Virus record (IMG/VR): IMGVR_UViG_3300033166_000001
Coordinates: 1-64,000 of that record
DNA length: 64,000 nucleotides
Direction: 5' to 3' (one strand)
DNA from: a virus
Lineage: Duplodnaviria; Caudoviricetes
The notes beneath the pieces are model-generated. The model saw nothing but the letters and a program-made list of their open reading frames with translations, ran no database searches and was not told the origin of the DNA. Position numbers and translations under genes: made by a program. Shown in pieces: positions 58,798 through 64,000 of this stretch; the stretch's first letter is position 1; each line of letters starts with the position of its first letter.

Positions 58798-59090
58798 TCT
58801 AATTCCTCCTTCATTTTATCTGCTACTTTTAGTATACTTTGTTCATCTACTCCATATACAGGCAGTATAACAGTTTTACCATTATTTGCCGGTAATGTTT
58901 CAATACTCAATTCCTCATGGTCTACTACTTCTACAATACCTTCTTCAGCACAAACTCTACAAGTTTCTTCAATAGCATCAATTTGAGCAGTCTTAATTAC
59001 TTCTAATAAATATGGTTTGGTAACTTGCCAAGCAGTTCCTATATGATATTTTTCTTTAATATCTTCTAAATATTGTTCAGCTTTTTTCAT
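58794..59090 (-). CDS. hypothetical protein
   Basis: 98 aa, ATGA-type overlap. Confidence 0.7.
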   Translation of the reverse strand: MKKAEQYLEDIKEKYHIGTAWQVTKPYLLEVIKTAQIDAIEETCRVCAEEGIVEVVDHEELSIETLPANNGKTVILPVYGVDEQSILKVADKMKEELE

Positions 59091-59323
59091 ACCATTAATT
59101 TTTCAAAATCTTCTTTAATAATTTCTTCCATTATTAGAGAACCTTTATGTGCTCTACATTTAGCATTTCCAGCATAATAACCTTCTTTAAAAGCTTCAAA
59201 TTGAGATTGTACAACTATTTCTTTAATCATACTAGGAGATACATCAGTTAAAAAGTTTTTACACACTTCTTCCCAAGATCCGCAACCATAATGATTATAA
59301 ATTATTTCTTCAGCTTTTCCCAT
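59087..59323 (-). CDS. hypothetical protein
   Basis: 78 aa, overlap-coupled. Confidence 0.65.
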   Translation of the reverse strand: MGKAEEIIYNHYGCGSWEEVCKNFLTDVSPSMIKEIVVQSQFEAFKEGYYAGNAKCRAHKGSLIMEEIIKEDFEKLMV

Positions 59324-59504
59324 CTAATCCATATTTCTTATTAAAATCTTCTTCAGATAAAACATCTAGTAGAAGTAAGACAATATCTTGCCTTACCTCT
59401 TCTAAATGTTCCTTACATACAGCTATACCTTGAATATCTAAATCGTTAGTAAGCCTTATATCTGTTTCTTTATTGCATTTAATACAGTTTCCCATTTCTA
59501 ACAC
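59310..59504 (-). CDS. small Zn-finger-like protein
   Basis: CIKC...CKEH. Confidence 0.6.
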   Translation of the reverse strand: MLEMGNCIKCNKETDIRLTNDLDIQGIAVCKEHLEEVRQDIVLLLLDVLSEEDFNKKYGLDGKS

Positions 59505-59806
59505 TAATGGTTAATACGTGTATCAAAATTATCCTTAAGTAGGTATAACTCATACAATAAAGTTTCATTTGTATGAATATTATCAAATATATCCTGTATA
59601 TTATTATAAATAAATACTATAGATTCATCTTTCCATTCTTCAGGAACAACATCCTTAGGATTAGCTGAACAGAACATTAATATTTTACTTTTATCAGCTT
59701 CAATATCTTTTTCTAGTTCAGAGATTTTATCTTCTAGCACTAACTTATTTTCAAAATGCACCCTTGAAATATATATTTCTGCATTAATTGTAGTTCCCCA
59801 TCCCAT
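59504..59806 (-). CDS. hypothetical protein
   Basis: 100 aa, MGWGT start. Confidence 0.7.
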   Translation of the reverse strand: MGWGTTINAEIYISRVHFENKLVLEDKISELEKDIEADKSKILMFCSANPKDVVPEEWKDESIVFIYNNIQDIFDNIHTNETLLYELYLLKDNFDTRINH

Positions 59807-59808
59807 AA

Positions 59809-60234
59809 TTATTCCTCCTTTACTTCTACCTTAATTCTTCCTTCATCACTGTATTGTAATCCTGGAGCATCATATACATTATACCATTTTTCTCCAGGAT
59901 TTTTCTCTCTATACTCTTTAGCAAATTGTTCCCATATAGGCCTATAAATATCATAAGATACTTTAGCATCTTCATGTAATTTATCAGAACCTATTCCATA
60001 AGAAGCATTTAGAGGAAGACCTGTGAACTGTACTTTTAGGAATTTTAATTGCTCTTCTACTTGATTTCTCATCTCCCAAAAACTATCAACTTTACTTTGG
60101 TTTTCATACTCTTTAAACTCCATAGCATCGGGAATTTCCCACTGTCCAGCTAGAAACCTACTATAAAATTCTAGCCCTCTAGCCATAGTTCTTAACTGTT
60201 CTTCAGTAAATTCTACTACATATTTTTTATTCAT
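59809..60234 (-). CDS. hypothetical protein
   Basis: 141 aa. Confidence 0.75.
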   Translation of the reverse strand: MNKKYVVEFTEEQLRTMARGLEFYSRFLAGQWEIPDAMEFKEYENQSKVDSFWEMRNQVEEQLKFLKVQFTGLPLNASYGIGSDKLHEDAKVSYDIYRPIWEQFAKEYREKNPGEKWYNVYDAPGLQYSDEGRIKVEVKEE

Positions 60235-60428
60235 TGTTCATCAAATTTATTTCCCAATTTATCTAGAAATGTCATAAGATTATCTATTACTTTAATAAGA
60301 AATTTTATATCACCTTTTAAAATATACCAAGGTAAAACTATTATTACAAATAAAGCAAACAATAATACTGTCAATACAATAGTAAAAAATGTTAAACCCA
60401 CTAACCATAATCTATATAGTATATTCAT
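60231..60428 (-). CDS. small membrane protein
   Basis: long hydrophobic stretch LWLVGLTFFTIVLTVLLFALFVIIVLPW. Confidence 0.65.
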   Translation of the reverse strand: MNILYRLWLVGLTFFTIVLTVLLFALFVIIVLPWYILKGDIKFLIKVIDNLMTFLDKLGNKFDEQ

Positions 60429-60430
60429 TT

Positions 60431-60688
60431 TTATACCTTTAAACCGTTTAAACTCTCTTCAATACTCTCCAACTTTTCTATAATCAAGGCTAATTCCGGT
60501 ATATTTTTTAAACTTTCATCTACATATTTCATTATAGCTTGTTTTATATTAGCGTGGTAAGTTTCTTTAGTAGATATTATCTCTTTAAGATTACCTTCTT
60601 TATCCTTACCTTCCTTAACTTCTTCAAACCTTAATATCCAATTATAAGGATCTGATATTAAAGTATAATTTTTATCTAGTTTAATCAT
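60431..60688 (-). CDS. hypothetical protein
   Basis: likely start ATG 60688 (MIKLDKNY); ISDPYNWIL..TYH motif. Confidence 0.65.
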   Translation of the reverse strand: MIKLDKNYTLISDPYNWILRFEEVKEGKDKEGNLKEIISTKETYHANIKQAIMKYVDESLKNIPELALIIEKLESIEESLNGLKV

Positions 60689-61088
60689 CGTTATTACGCC
60701 ATTTAATAAATTCAATTACCGCACTATAAACTAATTCTATTAATGGAATTTCATCTATTCTAGATTCTTTCCAGGTTATTTGTAGCAGATCATTATGAAT
60801 ATTGGATACAATCTCACAATACTGAATATTTTCATCTGCAATAATACCTATTGTGGTATTGTATTCCAGATTAATCTTTTTTAGTACAGGCATGAGCCAA
60901 TCATAGGAAGAATGATATTTAGAGTATTTAATAATATTATGAATAACTTTCTCCTTACTATTTTCTGTAGTATAATAAAATGGAGGGTCACTCCAAGAAT
61001 GAATATATCCAGCAGATGAAATTTTCTTATCTACTTCCATAAATTCAACAATAAGTTTGTTTCCTTCAAATATTTCTTCTTTTGTCAT
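60681..61088 (-). CDS. conserved Bacteroidota-phage hypothetical protein
   Basis: NKLIVEFM, YHSSYDWLMPV, VIEFIKW. Confidence 0.75.
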   Translation of the reverse strand: MTKEEIFEGNKLIVEFMEVDKKISSAGYIHSWSDPPFYYTTENSKEKVIHNIIKYSKYHSSYDWLMPVLKKINLEYNTTIGIIADENIQYCEIVSNIHNDLLQITWKESRIDEIPLIELVYSAVIEFIKWRNNDD

Positions 61089-61089
61089 A

Positions 61090-61788
61090 TTACCAATGTA
61101 TTATATTCATATTACGTAATTCCAGCTCAGTATTGGCCTCTTTAAAGATATTACTTCCTAAAAAGCCAGCATTCTTATTATAGACTTCGGCAGCTGGATG
61201 ACTAGCAGTCAAGATACTATGGGTTTTATTTGTCACAAATTTAGCATATTTTTGTGACTCTTTACCTAATAGTACCCAAATAATTTCATTCTTTTCATTT
61301 AATTTTTTAAGGACAAATGTAGTAAATTCTGCCCATAATTCTAGATGAGAACCTGGTTTTCCTTTTTCTACCGTTAAAGCTATATTTAAAAGTAGAACTC
61401 CTTGTTTTGCCCAACGCTGTAAATCTTGTCTATCTAACCTCCCATAATTAATTTCCTCTTTCCATTCAGGATACTCATTGTCTATCTCTTGCAGAATTAT
61501 CTTCAAAGAAGGAGATATTTCATCAGTAAGGCTGTTAGAAAAAGCTAACCCATCCATAGAACCATTATGGTATGGATCTTGGGCAAGTAGTACGAGCTTA
61601 ACTTTATCATATGGAGTTTCTCTAAATGCTCTAAATATTAGTTCTCTTGGAGGATAAATGGTTCTTTTATGCCTAAGGGCTGTTATGATTGAAGCTAAAT
61701 TAGTAAAAGCCTTAGAGGAAATATACTCCTCTAAGACTTCATACCAAGATTCCCCAAACATTTCTATTAGTTTATCTTTGGGTATCAT
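61090..61788 (-). CDS. ung: uracil-DNA glycosylase, family 1
   Basis: LAQDPYH, GLAFS, PSL, WAKQGVLLLN, SHPA. Confidence 0.93.
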   Translation of the reverse strand: MIPKDKLIEMFGESWYEVLEEYISSKAFTNLASIITALRHKRTIYPPRELIFRAFRETPYDKVKLVLLAQDPYHNGSMDGLAFSNSLTDEISPSLKIILQEIDNEYPEWKEEINYGRLDRQDLQRWAKQGVLLLNIALTVEKGKPGSHLELWAEFTTFVLKKLNEKNEIIWVLLGKESQKYAKFVTNKTHSILTASHPAAEVYNKNAGFLGSNIFKEANTELELRNMNIIHW

Positions 61789-61791
61789 ATA

Positions 61792-62583
61792 TTATGTTAT
61801 TGTTGTTGTCCAAATTTCTTCCTTTTTTTTAGGCTTTACATCTAAATCTACATTCCAAAAATGGTCTTTAGTACATCCATATAAATCTAACATTTCTTGT
61901 AATAGTTCTGGTGCTCTAGTAAGTACTTGCCAAATTCTATTATTTTCTTTCATTCTATGAAAGCCCTTTATTCTTGATTTTAAATCATCTGATATTTTTG
62001 AATATTTACCATTTAAGAATAATTCTACATCATAATGATATTTCTCCTGAATATTAAAAGTTACTAAATCTAATCCTCCGGTATAATTCTGTATTCCTTT
62101 AAAACTGGGAATACTCTGTAATCTTTTTTCTAATTCTCCATATGTATCTGCTGTGGAGAATCTATAGAGTACCTTCAACTGCTTACAATCCTCCGAAAGA
62201 TAAGCATTAATAAAGAAGGTTGTATAGGCAAAGTAGTCTTTATTATTACCTAATACAGGAAGTATATAGATACTACATCTATTTCTAAGATGTGTAAGTA
62301 TAGTATATTTTTCTCTAAAGTTCTTATTATCTGCACCTTTTAAAATGTAGTTAACAGGATAGGCACTTGGTAGAGTGCTGTAGTCATGCTGGAATAAATC
62401 TCCAGTATTTAAGGAGTAGTCACCAATTGAAAGGCTAATTATATTATTTTGGCTATCTTTTGCTTCTTTTATATTATGGGCATTTGTGTATATTTCAACT
62501 GTTCTAGCATCCGTTATAATATAGTACAATTTATTACCTGCACTTAAGTCTACGGTTGAATAATCCACTTTGCCCTGTGTCAT
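61792..62583 (-). CDS. conserved crAss-like replication-arm hypothetical protein
   Basis: 263 aa; FINAYL, FLNGKYSKIS motifs. Confidence 0.65.
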   Translation of the reverse strand: MTQGKVDYSTVDLSAGNKLYYIITDARTVEIYTNAHNIKEAKDSQNNIISLSIGDYSLNTGDLFQHDYSTLPSAYPVNYILKGADNKNFREKYTILTHLRNRCSIYILPVLGNNKDYFAYTTFFINAYLSEDCKQLKVLYRFSTADTYGELEKRLQSIPSFKGIQNYTGGLDLVTFNIQEKYHYDVELFLNGKYSKISDDLKSRIKGFHRMKENNRIWQVLTRAPELLQEMLDLYGCTKDHFWNVDLDVKPKKKEEIWTTTIT

Positions 62584-62864
62584 ATTTTAAGCCTTAACTG
62601 TTTAGCACTAGTTTCTGGTAATTTACATAGTTCATCTAACCAAAAATCTACTGTATCCCAAGTTATACCATTAGTAGCATCATGCTTTTCTATCATAGTA
62701 TCTAAAGCTTTAGGAAATAGGTTTCTATCATATATTTCCATACCTTCCAATTCTTCTTTTTCTCTAGCACTAGCCTCAAAATCTAATATATTCCAAAATA
62801 CTCCTCTGGCTCCTCTCCTATATTTCTCTACTAATTCAATTTCATTTTCATCTGTTATAATCAT
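62580..62864 (-). CDS. hypothetical protein
   Basis: 94 aa; KHDATNGITWDTV. Confidence 0.7.
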   Translation of the reverse strand: MIITDENEIELVEKYRRGARGVFWNILDFEASAREKEELEGMEIYDRNLFPKALDTMIEKHDATNGITWDTVDFWLDELCKLPETSAKQLRLKI

Positions 62865-62865
62865 A

Positions 62866-63087
62866 TTAGCATTGTATATTTTCTAAAACATTGTAAACAA
62901 TATCATATAGATTGTTAAATTGATCCTGATATTCTTCTCTTAGTTTAAAACTATCTAGAGTATCTTCTTCATATAGAATATCATCAATTTTATCATCTTC
63001 CCATCCAGCATCTTTATATTTCTGCTTCATTATTTCAATAGCTATTTCACTAGAAGCTTCTATAATATTAACTTTTATTATTTGCAT
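62866..63087 (-). CDS. acidic hypothetical protein
   Basis: 73 aa. Confidence 0.65.
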   Translation of the reverse strand: MQIIKVNIIEASSEIAIEIMKQKYKDAGWEDDKIDDILYEEDTLDSFKLREEYQDQFNNLYDIVYNVLENIQC

Positions 63088-63428
63088 TCTATACTCTTTA
63101 AAAAGGTTTCAATATCTAGATCTAATATTTTATCCAGGCACTCGCCATCAGTATACTCTTCTGCAGGAAGTTTCTGAATTTCTACTATCTTTTTAAATAG
63201 TTCTAACATTTCTGCAATCTTTTCTTCTGATATCTTCTTAGGTAAAGGATAAATAGATTCATCCGCTAAATCTATACTAAATCTTTCTCCTGTAGCCTCA
63301 TCTTCTACTATATAAATTAGATCAAAAGCTGCTTCTTCACATATACTAGCAATGTTCATAGCTGCTTCTAATGGATTATTTCCTTCTGTAGCTGAAAATC
63401 CTCCTAAAGTTACTTCATAACTATTCAT
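63078..63428 (-). CDS. acidic hypothetical protein
   Basis: 116 aa. Confidence 0.65.
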   Translation of the reverse strand: MNSYEVTLGGFSATEGNNPLEAAMNIASICEEAAFDLIYIVEDEATGERFSIDLADESIYPLPKKISEEKIAEMLELFKKIVEIQKLPAEEYTDGECLDKILDLDIETFLKSIECK

Positions 63429-63669
63429 TTTCTAAACTTTTTAAATAATCTTCAAATGTTTGATATTGAAGTTTATCATTTTCTAATAATTCTTCAATAT
63501 ACATTTCTGCTGCAATATACGATGCCTCTCTACTAGCTTCAAAACATCGTTTACCAAATTCTAAAGCAACTCTTTTAGCAAATTCTTCAGAGTGTGTTAT
63601 AGATAAATAGTAATTATTTATTTTATAATAATTTTCATCTATCTGTTCAATTAGTTTTTCTAAATTCAT
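63421..63669 (-). CDS. hypothetical protein
   Basis: 82 aa. Confidence 0.65.
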   Translation of the reverse strand: MNLEKLIEQIDENYYKINNYYLSITHSEEFAKRVALEFGKRCFEASREASYIAAEMYIEELLENDKLQYQTFEDYLKSLENE

Positions 63670-63671
63670 AA

Positions 63672-64000
63672 TTAAAAATTATCTTTAATTTCTATATCCT
63701 CAATTTGCGAATCACGAACTACTTCTGTAATATTAGGATAATCAGGTACTTTTCCTACCTCTCTAATAAAATCTTCAGGTGTTCGTAAAATATATAAAAG
63801 TCTAAAATTCTTTTGGAATTCAAATACAGAAGTAGGAATATGAGGATATTGCTTAATGTAATGCCCCATAAAATTAAACCATAAATCACAGTCTTCGTTT
63901 TCTATAGCTTTTTCCCAATATTTAATTCCTTTTCCAGGCAGCCCTTTAATCCCGTCAGCACTGTCCCCTGCAATCATAGAATATTTTAAATTATTTTCAA
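63672..64000 (-). CDS. 5'-3' exonuclease/flap endonuclease (PolA N-terminal-like), 5' part outside window
   Basis: H3TH motif IAGDSADGIKGLPGKG; frame is open from the window end (..ENNLKYSMIAGD). Confidence 0.85.
   Translation of the reverse strand, partial: ENNLKYSMIAGDSADGIKGLPGKGIKYWEKAIENEDCDLWFNFMGHYIKQYPHIPTSVFEFQKNFRLLYILRTPEDFIREVGKVPDYPNITEVVRDSQIEDIEIKDNF

Noticed and set aside
61658-61960. Plus-strand 100-aa ORF
   Set aside because: Antisense to ung and the adjacent gene
1-64000. Integrase, repressor-based lysogeny module, reverse transcriptase or transposase
   Set aside because: No matching motifs found in any ORF of the window

Overview
This window is about 64 kb of a crAss-like (Crassvirales-type) Bacteroidota podophage genome in the standard genetic code. 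From ~3.5 to 57.4 kb the plus strand carries small regulators, a mosaic fibre-like gene, a metallophosphoesterase, HU-like protein, terminase, portal, major capsid protein, ring/tail proteins, tail fibres and a lysis cassette. It ends with four ejected cargo proteins, including a 4125-aa virion RNA polymerase (DFDVD motif, C-terminal HExxH). The minus strand (57.5-64 kb and 1-2.4 kb) carries small early/replication-arm genes, uracil-DNA glycosylase and a truncated 5'-3' exonuclease. Eight Bacteroidota sigma-type promoters (TTTG-N20-TAnnTTTG) are visible. The most unusual part is the 1.15-3.45 kb strand-divergence region. It holds a non-coding array in which five copies of CTATATAT(AT)AAAGGTA(TA) separate unrelated but strongly base-paired 65-180 nt units, and its stem mismatches point to minus-strand RNAs. 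Other notable items are an orphan DGR-like variable region in a horizontally acquired GC-rich cassette, only two cysteines in 6727 aa of cargo protein (placed tail-to-head across one gene junction), and a motif-bounded insertion cassette in the vRNAP. All functional calls come from motif recognition by eye; no searches or folding programs were run.
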